Origin: an uncultured Oscillospiraceae bacterium | Lineage (GTDB): Bacteria > Bacillota > Clostridia > Christensenellales > CAG-138 | Assembly: GCA_964437665.1 (NCBI GenBank) | Contig: CAYTHS010000002.1 | Coordinates: 315 to 64,314 of the forward strand | Reading direction: 5' to 3' | DNA: 64,000 nucleotides | Shown here: piece by piece, positions 26,979 to 37,082 of the stretch | How the letters are laid out: each line of letters starts with the position of its first letter | Numbering within the stretch: position 1 is the first letter of the stretch | Notes under the pieces: generated by a model | What the model saw: the letters and a program-made list of their open reading frames with translations, nothing else | Told to the model about the DNA's origin: nothing | The model's database searches: none | Program-made: the position numbers and the translations under genes

Positions 26979-27928
26979 TGCAGAGGATACCGGTGATTCT
27001 GGACGGCGACCCGGGCCATGACGACGCGATTGCATGGGTGCTGGCAAATGCCAGCCCTATGCTGGAAATCAAGGCGGTGACCTCGGTCTGCGGAAACCAG
27101 ACAATCGAAAAAACAACCTATAACGCGGGGCGGATTATGACGCTGATCGGGCTCGACGTCCCGCTTGCCGCGGGTCGTGTCAAACCGCTTGTGGCCGACC
27201 CGATCATCGCGCCTACGGTACACGGGCAGTCCGGCCTGGATGGTCCGGCACTGCCGGAACCGAAGCAGGAACCGGCCGATATCGACGCATGCGCGCTGAT
27301 GGCGCGAGTGATCGAGGAAAGCGGCGAGCCCGTCGTACTCATCCCGACCGGGCCGCTGACCAATGTTGCGGCGCTTGTGTTGCTGTATCCGCATCTGAAA
27401 AGCAAGATACGGCATATCTACATGATGGGCGGCGGAATCGCCTACGGCAACTGGACGTGCGCGGCGGAATTTAATATACTGGTAGACCCGGAAGCCGCGG
27501 ATATTGTTTTTTGCAGCGGACTGCCGATCACCATGGCCGGACTGGACGTGACGGAGAAGGCGCTGGTGTTTCCGGAGGATTTCGAACGGATCCGCGCGCT
27601 GGGAAACCCCGTGGCAAAGGTCGTCGCCGAGTGGCTGGACTTCTTCTACGGGTTTCACCGCAGTATCGGCTATCCCGGCGCGCCTGTGCACGACGCGGTC
27701 GCCGTCGCGGCACTGATCAGGCCGGAGATTATGACGTTCCAGGATATGTATGTGGCGATAGAAACAACAGGCGACTATTGCCGCGGCGCGACCGTCGGAG
27801 ACCCGCTGGGTCTGTTGAAAAAACCTGCAAACGTCCGGTGCATCATGGATATCGACCGAAAAAGATTTGTTGATTTGCTTGCGGAGGCTGCGGAAGCATA
27901 TTCGGGAAGGGGGCTGGAGCATGCGTAA
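26975..27928 (+). CDS. nucleoside hydrolase (IUNH family)
   Basis: N-terminal DGDPGHDDAIA Ca/ribose-binding motif. 317 aa. Confidence 0.9.
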   Translation: MMQRIPVILDGDPGHDDAIAWVLANASPMLEIKAVTSVCGNQTIEKTTYNAGRIMTLIGLDVPLAAGRVKPLVADPIIAPTVHGQSGLDGPALPEPKQEPADIDACALMARVIEESGEPVVLIPTGPLTNVAALVLLYPHLKSKIRHIYMMGGGIAYGNWTCAAEFNILVDPEAADIVFCSGLPITMAGLDVTEKALVFPEDFERIRALGNPVAKVVAEWLDFFYGFHRSIGYPGAPVHDAVAVAALIRPEIMTFQDMYVAIETTGDYCRGATVGDPLGLLKKPANVRCIMDIDRKRFVDLLAEAAEAYSGRGLEHA

Positions 27929-28856
27929 ACTGCCGATGCTGCTGGACTGCGATACAGGCGTGGACGACGCGATTGCAATCCTGCTTTCCAGGTACCTAAC
28001 AACTCTGGAACTCGTTGCCGTGACGAGCGTTGCGGGTAATGTGGAAATCGAAAAAACCACCAGAAACGCGCTGAGCGTACTCGAACTGGCCGGCATGGAG
28101 GATATCCCCGTTTACCGCGGCGCTGCGAAGCCGATGATGTGTGAGCCTGTCACGGCATATTACGTGCACGGACAGAACGGGCTGGGCGGCCTCGCGGTCC
28201 CGAAACCCAAACGTGAAGCGGAGCGCCTGCCCGCATGGGATGCGATCTATGAAACGGCCAAGCGTTATGCCGGCGAACTGACAATTGTTGCGATCGGCCC
28301 GCTGACAAATCTCGGGCTTGCGCTTGCAAAATATAAGGAACTGCCGAAGCTGATCAAGCGCATCGTGCTTATGGGCGGTGCGGCCGTCGGCGGAAACGTA
28401 ACGCCGAGCGCGGAGTTTAACATTTATGTCGATCCGGAGGCGGCGGACATGGTGTTTACCTGCGGCGCGGACATTGCCATGTGCGGACTGGATATGACGG
28501 TGCCGGCTTATCTTACGCCGGAGGAGCTTGACGAACTGGGGGCTTTTGGTTCGCCGCAGGCGAAATTCGCGAGGGATGTGGTGCAGGGCGTGCTGGCGTT
28601 TTCCAGGGGGTACCGGCTGCCGGGCATGTGTATGCACGACCCCGCGACGCTGCTGTATGCCGACGACGATTCCTGCTTTAAAGCCAAACGTGCGGGCGTG
28701 CGCGTGGAGACAAAGGGGAGTCTGACGCGCGGAAAAACCGTGACCGATCTTTACAGCGACAAGCAGATGGAAAAAAACGCCTCCATCGTAACGCAGATCG
28801 ACAGGGAAGCGTTCAAACGAAGGCTGTTTGAGTTGATGGCACAATACGGAAAATAG
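27921..28856 (+). CDS. nucleoside hydrolase (IUNH family), second paralogue
   Basis: ATG at 27921. LLDCDTGVDDAIAI motif. 311 aa. Confidence 0.9.
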   Translation: MRKLPMLLDCDTGVDDAIAILLSRYLTTLELVAVTSVAGNVEIEKTTRNALSVLELAGMEDIPVYRGAAKPMMCEPVTAYYVHGQNGLGGLAVPKPKREAERLPAWDAIYETAKRYAGELTIVAIGPLTNLGLALAKYKELPKLIKRIVLMGGAAVGGNVTPSAEFNIYVDPEAADMVFTCGADIAMCGLDMTVPAYLTPEELDELGAFGSPQAKFARDVVQGVLAFSRGYRLPGMCMHDPATLLYADDDSCFKAKRAGVRVETKGSLTRGKTVTDLYSDKQMEKNASIVTQIDREAFKRRLFELMAQYGK

Positions 28857-28861
28857 AAACG

Positions 28862-28898
28862 ACAACGGCTTTTGCAGTAAGCAAAAGCCGTTGTTTCG
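28862..28898. terminator. bidirectional terminator
   Basis: ACAACGGCTTTTGC-AGTA-GCAAAAGCCGTTGT between convergent genes. Confidence 0.75.
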
Positions 28899-28921
28899 GA
28901 GATCGTTTATCAAAAAAAGCG

Positions 28922-29659
28922 TTAGCCGGAAATCTGTGCGAATGCTTCCAATGCCGTGAGGATCTCATGTTTCTCGCCCTCCATGGCGGCCGTTTCCCCG
29001 TCCGCGTAGGAGCCGATTGCATCCAGCGTGTCCTGCCGGTAAGCGACGACATTGTTGAGGATGCTCATGCAGCGGATTTTCCGCAGGCGTCCGATCACAT
29101 AAAGCGCGGCGGTCTCCATATCGCACCCCAGCACGCCCTGCTTCGACCAGTACGCGTCGATTTCATCCTCACGGTCGGTATAGAAGCTGTCGTGACTGCG
29201 CGCAATTCCTGTGTGGAAGGCGAAGTCAAGCTTTATCGCGGCCTGCTGACAGGCAAAGAGCAGTGTTTCGTCTGCAACTGCTGGATAGACGGGGTCAAGA
29301 TACGTTTTGCTTGTTCCGTCGTCGCGTACCGCGCCGGAGACGAGAATCAGATCGCCTAGGCCAACCTCCGGCTGCAGCGCGCCGCAGCTGCCGATGCGGA
29401 TCATGTTCGTTACACCGAGATTATGCAGTTCCTCCACGGCAATTCCGGCGGACGCGCCGCCGATGCCGGTGGAGACGGCAAGCATGCGCGTCCCCTTATA
29501 ATCGCCGGCAAGGCTTCTGAACTCGCGATTGAACGCGAGGTCCTGTACGCCGGAGAGAAACGGCCGGATGCGCTCAAGCCGCGCAGGGTCGCCTGGCAAA
29601 AGTGCGCAGCATGCGCCGTGGCTGCTGTCCAAACGGATATGTGGCTGTAATTGCGGCAT
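28922..29659 (-). CDS. udp: uridine phosphorylase-like nucleoside phosphorylase (PNP/UDP family)
   Basis: 245 aa. LLPGDPARLERI ... STGIGGASAGIAVEEL ... IRIGSCGAL aligns with my memory of E. coli Udp. Confidence 0.8.
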   Translation of the reverse strand: MPQLQPHIRLDSSHGACCALLPGDPARLERIRPFLSGVQDLAFNREFRSLAGDYKGTRMLAVSTGIGGASAGIAVEELHNLGVTNMIRIGSCGALQPEVGLGDLILVSGAVRDDGTSKTYLDPVYPAVADETLLFACQQAAIKLDFAFHTGIARSHDSFYTDREDEIDAYWSKQGVLGCDMETAALYVIGRLRKIRCMSILNNVVAYRQDTLDAIGSYADGETAAMEGEKHEILTALEAFAQISG

Positions 29660-29783
29660 AAATGGTTCGCTCCTTATGGTACAATCTAGTTGCGATGAAT
29701 GTTTTTAAAAATACACTCCGGTGCACTCATCATACCACGGCACGGACGGGAATTGATATAAAAAGAAACGGGGGTATCCCAAA

Positions 29784-30713
29784 TTGGCGCAGATATTAAA
29801 TTTCGGGTCCTTGAACATCGATCATGTGTACTGCGTGGACGCGTTTGTGCAGCCCGGGGAAACGAAGTCCAGCTTGTCTATGGAAGATCACTGCGGCGGG
29901 AAAGGCCTTAACCAGTCCATCGCTGCGGCGCGGGCGGGAGCGCAGGTCAAACATGCCGGCGTAATCGGACGCGACGGCGGCGCACTGCTTGAAAAGCTTA
30001 CCGGGTGCGGCGTGGACTGTTCGCTCGCGAAACGGTCGGACGGCGTTTCAGGCCATGCGATCATTCAGGTGGACGCAGAAGGGCAGAACTGCATCCTGCT
30101 CTATGGCGGGACCAATCAGGCGCTTACCGAAGCGTATATCGAAGAAGCGCTCGGCGCGTTCGGAACGCGCGGGCTTGTATTAGTGCAGAACGAAACCAAC
30201 CTCGTCGGCAGCATCATCCGCCGCGCCAGGCAAAAGGGCCTGATGGTTGCGCTCAACGCCGCGCCGATGAACGACAAGGTGTTTTCCTATCCAATCGAGC
30301 TGCTGGACTGGCTCGTCGTCAACGAAGTGGAAGGCGCGGCGATCGCAAAATGCGAGAGAGAGGATGAAATCCTCCCGGCGCTGCAAAGGCGCTGCCCGCG
30401 TACGAACGTGCTTCTGACGCTTGGCGGGCGCGGTTCGGTCTGCCTCAAGGACGGGGCCGTTACCCGGTTCGGCGCATATCATGTGAAGGCGGTGGACACC
30501 ACGGCGGCGGGCGACACGTTCTCCGGATATTTTCTCAACGAAATTCTGGATGGTGCGGACGCGCCCGATGCGCTGGCTCTGGCTACCGCGGCGGCGGCGC
30601 TTTGTGTACAGACGATGGGAGCGGCTGATTCCGTGCCGCCGCGTGCGCGCACGCTTGAAGCGGTTCGCTCCGGCGAGCTCGGCATGCTTTCCGAGTGGGG
30701 TGGCTGGCGATGA
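29784..30713 (+). CDS. rbsK: ribokinase
   Basis: 309 aa. GGKGLNQ and DTTAAGDTF PfkB-family motifs. Nucleoside-catabolism context. Confidence 0.9.
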   Translation: MAQILNFGSLNIDHVYCVDAFVQPGETKSSLSMEDHCGGKGLNQSIAAARAGAQVKHAGVIGRDGGALLEKLTGCGVDCSLAKRSDGVSGHAIIQVDAEGQNCILLYGGTNQALTEAYIEEALGAFGTRGLVLVQNETNLVGSIIRRARQKGLMVALNAAPMNDKVFSYPIELLDWLVVNEVEGAAIAKCEREDEILPALQRRCPRTNVLLTLGGRGSVCLKDGAVTRFGAYHVKAVDTTAAGDTFSGYFLNEILDGADAPDALALATAAAALCVQTMGAADSVPPRARTLEAVRSGELGMLSEWGGWR

Positions 30714-31303
30714 CGGACGTATTGTTTATCGACTGCTGCATTCGCGGCGAGGAATCGCGCACGCGAAAACTTGCAGGGGCGTTTCTGAACGAACTGGAAC
30801 GCTCGGGCGGCTATGAAACCGAACGGCTGGTCCTTATGGACGAACCGCTTATCCCGCTCACGGGCGGTTTTTTCCTGCAGCGCGAGCGATTGCTGGGGGA
30901 GGGAGGGCTTGGCCATCCGCGGTTTCGATATGCACACCGCTTCCAAAGGGCGGAACGGATTGTAATCGCCGCCCCGTTCTGGGATTTGAGTTTCCCGGCG
31001 CTGCTGAAAATCTATATTGAAAATCTCTGTGTACAGGGCATTACCTTCGATTGCGACGAGCAGAACGGCTGTTTCGGCGTATGCAGGGCGAGCCGCATGC
31101 TGTTTCTGACCACGCGAGGCGGCGCGCTCGAGGGATCGCCGGTGGACAACGGGACGAAATACCTGCGCGACATGACGAGCTTTTTCGGGATACCGCGTTT
31201 CGATTATGTGGCTGCGGACGCGATGGACCTGGGGCTGGAGCCGCCGGAATCGATTTTGAACCGCGCGATCGTTTGTGCAAAGGAGATTGCGCAGGGGTTT
31301 TAG
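30710..31303 (+). CDS. flavodoxin-like-fold NAD(P)H-dependent oxidoreductase (azoreductase/ACP-phosphodiesterase-like)
   Basis: ATG overlaps the rbsK stop (ATGA). IVIAAPFWDLSFPALLKIYIE block. Confidence 0.75.
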   Translation: MTDVLFIDCCIRGEESRTRKLAGAFLNELERSGGYETERLVLMDEPLIPLTGGFFLQRERLLGEGGLGHPRFRYAHRFQRAERIVIAAPFWDLSFPALLKIYIENLCVQGITFDCDEQNGCFGVCRASRMLFLTTRGGALEGSPVDNGTKYLRDMTSFFGIPRFDYVAADAMDLGLEPPESILNRAIVCAKEIAQGF

Positions 31304-31353
31304 CGATAGTCCACCGCGTCGGCGGAGGACAAACGGAAAGGAAGTAAGCAATT

Positions 31354-32424
31354 ATGAAAGCGGTTGTATATGAAAAACCGGGATGCGTACGCCTGACGGA
31401 CGTGCCCGTGCCGAAACTGATGGAGCCGAGGGACGCGATCGTGAAAGTGACGCGCGCTTCGATCTGTTCGAGCGACCTGCATATCCGAAACGGCGCGGTG
31501 CCGCGCGCAAAACAGGGGGTTGTGCTCGGGCACGAGTTTGTGGGCGAAATTGTCGAAATCGGTGCGGCGGTGAAAAAACTGGCTCCCGGAGACCGGGTTG
31601 CGGTCAACGTCGAGAGCTTTTGCGGGGAATGTTACTATTGCCGCAGAGGGTATGTGAACAACTGCGTTGAAGGAGGTTGGGAACTGGGCTGCCGGATCGA
31701 CGGCGGACAGGCGGAATACTGCCGCGTTCCAACGGCGGACATGAGCTGCACGCGTATTCCGGACGGTATTACCGACGAGCGGGCGCTCTTTGTCGGCGAC
31801 GTGCTTTCGACCGGCTACTGGGCGGCGGGGATCGGAGAGATTCGGCCTGCGGACGTGGCGCTGGTGCTCGGCGCCGGGCCGACGGGGCTGACGACTATGA
31901 TGTCCGCGCGCCTTTATGGCCCGGCGTGCATCGTTGCCGCGGACGTAAATGAAAAGCGGCTCGCGCTTGCTCGTGAAAACGGCCTGTGCGACGTGACGCT
32001 GAATCCGGCGGCGGAAAATGTGACGGAGCGTGTGCGCGCGCTCACCGACGGACGGGGCGCGGACGTGGTTTTTGAAGTGGCGGGCGCCGCGGGCACGTTT
32101 GAACAGGCCTGGCGCGCGGCGCGGCCAAACGCAGTGATCGTTGTGGTTGCGCTGTACGAAAACGCGCAGACGCTGCCGCTGCACGAGATGTACGGTAAGA
32201 ACCTCACCTTTAAAACCGGCGGCGTGGACGCCAACAGCTGCGGCGATATCCTTCGCCTGATCGAGGCGGGCCGGCTGGACACGGACCTGATGATCACGCA
32301 CCGTGCGCCGCTCAACGACGTAATCCGTGGCTATGATATCTTTGCCGGACAGAAGGAAGACTGCATCAAGTGGGTGATTACGCCCTACGACGCGGCCCAG
32401 CAGGACGGGCCGGAATGCTATTGA
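31354..32424 (+). CDS. zinc-dependent alcohol dehydrogenase family protein
   Basis: 356 aa. GHEFVGEIVEIG and CGECYYC structural-zinc motifs. GAGPTG Rossmann motif. Confidence 0.85.
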   Translation: MKAVVYEKPGCVRLTDVPVPKLMEPRDAIVKVTRASICSSDLHIRNGAVPRAKQGVVLGHEFVGEIVEIGAAVKKLAPGDRVAVNVESFCGECYYCRRGYVNNCVEGGWELGCRIDGGQAEYCRVPTADMSCTRIPDGITDERALFVGDVLSTGYWAAGIGEIRPADVALVLGAGPTGLTTMMSARLYGPACIVAADVNEKRLALARENGLCDVTLNPAAENVTERVRALTDGRGADVVFEVAGAAGTFEQAWRAARPNAVIVVVALYENAQTLPLHEMYGKNLTFKTGGVDANSCGDILRLIEAGRLDTDLMITHRAPLNDVIRGYDIFAGQKEDCIKWVITPYDAAQQDGPECY

Positions 32425-32438
32425 CGGAGGTAAACGGT

Positions 32439-33644
32439 ATGCATCTGGAGCGGGAGGTTGCCGCACTGGAACCGAAGCTGATCGAATGGCGGCGGCATTT
32501 GCACGCGCACCCGGAAGTTTCGTTTAAGGAATATAAGACGACGGCGTTCATCGCGCAGGCGCTGGAAGAAATGGACATTGTGTTCGAGCGCCCGGCAAAG
32601 ACGGGACTGGTTGCGCATATCTTCGGAACGAAACCGGGCAGGCAGGGCGTGCTGGGGTTCCGCGCGGATATCGACGCGCTGCCGATGCCGGAGGAAAACG
32701 ATCTTCCGTACCGTTCGCAGACGGCTAACGTTATGCACGCCTGCGGACACGACGGCCATACGGCCATGCTGCTGGGACTTGCGGCGCTGCTTTCTCAGAA
32801 CAGGAGCGCTTTCTGCGGCGAGGCGCGGCTTTTTTTCCAGCATGCGGAAGAACTGCCGCCCGGCGGAGCGATCGAGATGGTGAAAGCCGGCGCGGCGGAC
32901 GGTGTGGACGCGATGATAGGCGTGCATCTTTCCAGCGCTTTTCCCACGGGCGTGTTCGGGATCAAAGGAGGCGTACTGACCGCGAACGTCGACCGCGCGG
33001 AAATACGAATTACGGGCAAGGGCGGACACTGCGCTTTCCCGCAGCTTTGCGTCGATCCGATCGTCGCGGCCTCCGAGATTGTCACCGCCGCGCAGAGCAT
33101 CGTTTCGCGCCGCGTCGCACCCAAAGACCCCGCAGTCGTTTCCATCTGCGAAATCCATGGCGGAACGGCGTATAATATCATCCCCGACGACGTATGCCTG
33201 AGCGCCTCGATCCGGTCGTTCGGCGAGGAAGCGCGCAGCCTGATCCGAGACGAACTGACCGCCGTCTGCGAGGGCGTCGCCGCGGCGCATCGCTGCAAAG
33301 CGGGCGTGGAGTGGGTGGAAGGTTATCCGAGCGTGGTGAACGACGAAACGCTGGCGCAAGCCGCGCTGGAGCGGATTGCGGCCCGTTTCGGACCGGAGAA
33401 GGCCGAGCGCATCGGCGTAATTATGCCCGGCGAAGATTTTTCCTATTTTCTCGACGGCAGGCCGGGCTTTTTTGCGGAACTGGGGACAAGAAACGCGGCT
33501 ATTGCGGCGGACCGGCCGCATCATAATCCGCAATACCGCATGGATGAAGCCGCGCTCGTTTTGGGGACGCAATTCGAGTTCGACATGGCACGCTCCCTGC
33601 TGGACGGGACGGAAAAACTGAACCGCGGAGGACGAAAGCAATGA
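32439..33644 (+). CDS. M20-family amidohydrolase (N-acyl-amino-acid / hippurate hydrolase-like)
   Basis: ATG at 32439 after GGAGG. WRRHLHAHPEVSFKE and HACGHDGH motifs. Confidence 0.85.
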   Translation: MHLEREVAALEPKLIEWRRHLHAHPEVSFKEYKTTAFIAQALEEMDIVFERPAKTGLVAHIFGTKPGRQGVLGFRADIDALPMPEENDLPYRSQTANVMHACGHDGHTAMLLGLAALLSQNRSAFCGEARLFFQHAEELPPGGAIEMVKAGAADGVDAMIGVHLSSAFPTGVFGIKGGVLTANVDRAEIRITGKGGHCAFPQLCVDPIVAASEIVTAAQSIVSRRVAPKDPAVVSICEIHGGTAYNIIPDDVCLSASIRSFGEEARSLIRDELTAVCEGVAAAHRCKAGVEWVEGYPSVVNDETLAQAALERIAARFGPEKAERIGVIMPGEDFSYFLDGRPGFFAELGTRNAAIAADRPHHNPQYRMDEAALVLGTQFEFDMARSLLDGTEKLNRGGRKQ

Positions 33645-34450
33645 AACTGACGGTCCTGATGGACAACAACACCTATATCGACCGCTACTATCTCGGAGAA
33701 CCTGCGGTGAGCTATCTGATCGAAGACGGCGCGCGTACCATCCTGTTCGACGCGGGTTATTCCGAAGCGTTCATCGAAAACGCAGAGCGTCTGAAACTCG
33801 ATCTGTCGCGCGTGACGGATATCGTTCTTTCGCACGGGCATATCGATCATACCGGCGGACTCCCCGCTTATTTCGAGCGGTTTTCGCAGCCCGTCCGGCT
33901 GATTGCACACCCGAACGCCTTTTGGCGGAAACGCTACGAAGGGTTGGATGCAGGCAGCCCCGTTACGCTGGAAACACTGCCGCGGCGGGTGGACGCGGTG
34001 CTGACGGCGGATGAAATGCAGGTTTCGGAAAACGTGTGCTATCTTGGCGAGATTCCGCGCGTGTATCCGTTTGAAGCCGACCGCGCCGTCGGCGAAACAT
34101 GCGCCTGCGACGGGAGCGTTTGGATCTGCGATATCCTGCTGGACGATACGGCGCTTGCCCTGCGCGTCCCGGACGGGATTTTCGTGGTGAGCGGATGCGC
34201 GCATGCGGGCGTTTGCAATACCGTCGCCGCGGCGAAGCGCCTCTGTGCCGAACCGCGTGTTGCGGGCCTTCTGGGAGGGTTTCATCTGTTTGAGACCGGG
34301 ACGGCGCTTGAACAAACGCTGCGTATGCTCAAAGAACTGGGCGTTTCGCTCGTTTACCCCTGTCACTGTACGTCGCTTGCGGTTAAGGCCGCGTTTGTCG
34401 GCGCGTTCGACGCGCGCGAAGTCGGCGTCGGCCTGACGCTTGAGTGGTGA
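33641..34450 (+). CDS. MBL-fold metallo-hydrolase
   Basis: 269 aa. LSHGHIDHTGG motif. Confidence 0.8.
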   Translation: MKLTVLMDNNTYIDRYYLGEPAVSYLIEDGARTILFDAGYSEAFIENAERLKLDLSRVTDIVLSHGHIDHTGGLPAYFERFSQPVRLIAHPNAFWRKRYEGLDAGSPVTLETLPRRVDAVLTADEMQVSENVCYLGEIPRVYPFEADRAVGETCACDGSVWICDILLDDTALALRVPDGIFVVSGCAHAGVCNTVAAAKRLCAEPRVAGLLGGFHLFETGTALEQTLRMLKELGVSLVYPCHCTSLAVKAAFVGAFDAREVGVGLTLEW

Positions 34451-34497
34451 ACGGAGCCCTGCCCGCCTGACGGTGATTCTGAAACGGAGGATTGGTT

Positions 34498-35040
34498 TTG
34501 TACGAAGGAAAAATAACAATCCGGCCGACAAGGCGGGAGGAGCTGGAAAATGTCCGTGCGCTCTGGAACGACGGCGACGTGATGCAATATGTCGGCTTTC
34601 CGCATGGGCTTGACGCGACGGCGGAATCCATGGAGCGCTGGTATGACCGGATTGCAAGCAAAAGACCGCTTCTGGAGCACTACAGCGTGTTTGCCGAAGG
34701 CATAGGCTATTGCGGCGAGAGTTATTATCGCATTGACACGGCACACGAAAACGCCGCAGTGCTCGACATTAAGTTGTTTTCAAAAGCGCGCGGCAGGGAA
34801 ATTGCGTCCGCGGCGCTGCAATATGCGATCGAGCAAGCGTTTGTAAACGGCGCGGCCTGCGTATGGGTCGATCCGAACCCGGAAAACAGAAAGGCGCTTG
34901 CGCTCTACCGCCGTCTGGGATTCTCAGAACGGGAAACGTCAGCATATCTAAAGCGGAGCGCGGTGCACGGCGGGGTTCCGTCGCGCTACTTTGAAATCTG
35001 CAGTGGGGAAGTTCCCACCGCCGGGTTCGCGGGAAAATAA
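34498..35040 (+). CDS. GNAT-family N-acetyltransferase
   Basis: TTG at 34498 lies 7 nt after GGAGG (the track start at 34492 is too close to the RBS). ...ALALYRRLGF... C-terminal GNAT block. Confidence 0.8.
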   Translation: MYEGKITIRPTRREELENVRALWNDGDVMQYVGFPHGLDATAESMERWYDRIASKRPLLEHYSVFAEGIGYCGESYYRIDTAHENAAVLDIKLFSKARGREIASAALQYAIEQAFVNGAACVWVDPNPENRKALALYRRLGFSERETSAYLKRSAVHGGVPSRYFEICSGEVPTAGFAGK

Positions 35041-35059
35041 AAAACCGGTCAAAAATGGC

Positions 35060-35440
35060 CGGGTGTCGCCGATCAAAACCACATGATTACTGGATTCGTA
35101 TCCGACGGTATATCTGAAAGCGACTGAATTGCTTTTTGATCCTGTTATCAAAATCTGTCAAACGCCGTATGTCCGGCTCCGGCAGATTTTTTTTACGCTG
35201 CATGGGTTCCGCCGGGGGTAAGCGGCCGGGATGAACTGCTGGCTGGGAATGTCCGTTTTATCGCCGGGCTGCCGGCACGACGCCTGCCAGCGATGAGCCG
35301 CGGAAGGCGCAAAGAGCACGAAGAGAATTTCGGTACGCTTTCTTAAGCAGTTCGGGCTGTTTTGTATCGTTCGTCCAACCTGCTTCCCGGTAGAGCGCGA
35401 GTACCTCCGGGGACAGAGCGTTGCTGCATTCGGCGATGCC
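35060..35440 (-). pseudogene. decayed GNAT acetyltransferase (at least two frameshifts)
   Basis: GNAT-like pieces in three frames: LALYREAGW...NSLRALCAF, then ...FIPAAYPRRN..., then ...AFRYTVGYES... No single intact ORF. Confidence 0.35.
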
Positions 35441-35472
35441 GGCCCCGGCGGAATTTACAGGATGTGGTGCTC

Positions 35473-35925
35473 TCATAGCTTCGGCAGTCCGTCCGGTATG
35501 GTTTGCAGCATGGAGAGCAGATACGCATACTGCCATGCGCGTTCAGACAAGGGGTCGGGCGCAGCTTTTGCGGCGCAGTCGGCAGCGGCCGCCGCGCTGC
35601 CTGCCGTGTTTGCGGTATCCGCGGCATACCAGGCGCTGCGGCATGCGAATTGTTCGGAGGGCACGGAAGCTTCCCGGGAAGCTTCGCGCGCGGCCAATGC
35701 CGCGGCGTGTACGTCCCCGGCGTCGGATAATCCGTCCGACCAGCTTCGCGCGGCGAGAATTGCGGCATAGCAGCGCCGGTCTGCGCTGTTGCGCCGGCAG
35801 GCGCGTTCGGCGCACGCGCAGGCAAAGCGCGTCGCAGAGCGATGGTTAATCAGAGAGAACTCCGTTTTCAGCAGCTCGACATCCGCTGCGGACCAGCTTT
35901 TGCTGACATAGATTTCACGATTCAC
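35473..35925 (-). CDS. Ala-rich helical protein, possibly Imm5-like putative immunity-protein family
   Basis: 150 aa. The pattern FACACAERA...AILAARSW...AALAAREA... resembles what I recall of Imm-5-like proteins. Assignment is from memory only. Confidence 0.45.
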   Translation of the reverse strand: MNREIYVSKSWSAADVELLKTEFSLINHRSATRFACACAERACRRNSADRRCYAAILAARSWSDGLSDAGDVHAAALAAREASREASVPSEQFACRSAWYAADTANTAGSAAAAADCAAKAAPDPLSERAWQYAYLLSMLQTIPDGLPKL

Positions 35926-36066
35926 GATAGCGCCGCCCTTCCCTGAAAGTATATATAATTATAGCATGCGCAATCTGTGCACGCCATGCTGGGACGGCGC
36001 AATCCGCGCCGTGGACTTTAGAAACGCCGGAAAATTTGCTATACTGTATCAAAGGGGGGAGAAGAC

Positions 36067-36657
36067 ATGCCGGAATCCATGATTACCAAGCATGCCCTTG
36101 CCAATGCGCTCAAGGGGCTGATGGCCGAGCGTCCTCTTGAAAAGATCACCGTCGGCGATATCTGTGAGGCGTGCGGCATGAGCCGCAAAGGGTTTTATTA
36201 CCATTTTCGGGACAAGTATGATCTTGTCAATTGGATTTTTTATACGGAATTTGTCCTTCGCATCTATGAGCAGGACTATGAAAACGAATGGACGTTTTAC
36301 GAAGATATCTGCTCGTATTTTTACGAGAACCGCGCGTTCTACATCAACGCATTCGCGGTGCAGGGGCAAAATTCGTTTTCCGACTATTTCAGTGAGATCA
36401 TCCACCCGATTGCACGGGAGCGGTTTGAAGTAACGTTCGGCAACAATGCGGACCACGATTTTTACGCAACTTTTTATACGGATGCGTTTCGCGTTGCGCT
36501 GATACGTTGGCTCCGTGAACAGCCCGAAACGAGCCCGCAGGAATTCGTTTCGCTGATTAAGCGCGCCGTTCTTGCCATTGCGCGCGAATATCAGAAGGAA
36601 ATGCCGAGGGAAGCGCCTGCGGAGCAGAATTGCTGCTGCGGAGAGTCCGAACAGTAA
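36067..36657 (+). CDS. TetR/AcrR-family transcriptional regulator (DhaS-like)
   Basis: 196 aa. N-terminal HTH ITVGDICEACGMSRKGFYYHFRDKYDLV. Confidence 0.85.
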   Translation: MPESMITKHALANALKGLMAERPLEKITVGDICEACGMSRKGFYYHFRDKYDLVNWIFYTEFVLRIYEQDYENEWTFYEDICSYFYENRAFYINAFAVQGQNSFSDYFSEIIHPIARERFEVTFGNNADHDFYATFYTDAFRVALIRWLREQPETSPQEFVSLIKRAVLAIAREYQKEMPREAPAEQNCCCGESEQ

Positions 36658-36683
36658 AACCGACAGACGCAGGGAGGGTATGT

Positions 36684-36926
36684 ATGGGTCTTGTAACCGA
36701 TTCGCGGGCGCTCATGATGGTCAGGCAGCCGCTCGACAATACGTCCGCTACGCGCGCGGTTTTCGAGCAGGCTCCGCAGGAACCCAGGTTCGTTCCGCCT
36801 GTAATACAGCATCCCTTTGAGCGCGTTGCGCCGGAATCGCAGGGAATTGCATCTTCGCATGTTGCGGCGTTTCTGAACAAGAGCCGCATTTCCCAACGGG
36901 GAACAACCCGCTGGAAAATTACATAA
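36684..36926 (+). pseudogene. N-terminal remnant of a beta-lactamase-type serine hydrolase
   Basis: 80-aa ORF after the RBS AGGGAGGG. APESQGIASSHVAAFL resembles the N-terminus of class-C-like serine hydrolases. The ORF stops before any SxxK motif and runs into an AT-rich promoter region. Confidence 0.4.
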
Positions 36927-36982
36927 AAGTGAACACTTTTTAAAAAGGTTGAAACGCTTTGTTAAAATTATAAAGAAAACGC

Positions 36983-37010
36983 TTGAAATATGCTCGAAAA
37001 ATAATATACT
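36983..37010 (+). promoter_or_regulatory. sigma-70-type promoter candidate
   Basis: TTGAAA, 16-nt spacer, TATACT, upstream of the SH3-domain gene. Confidence 0.45.
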
Positions 37011-37082
37011 GTGCATCATAGGCATTCGGCAGCATAATAGACGTGCAGATGACACGCCTTTTCAAGCATCTGGGGGAAAACA

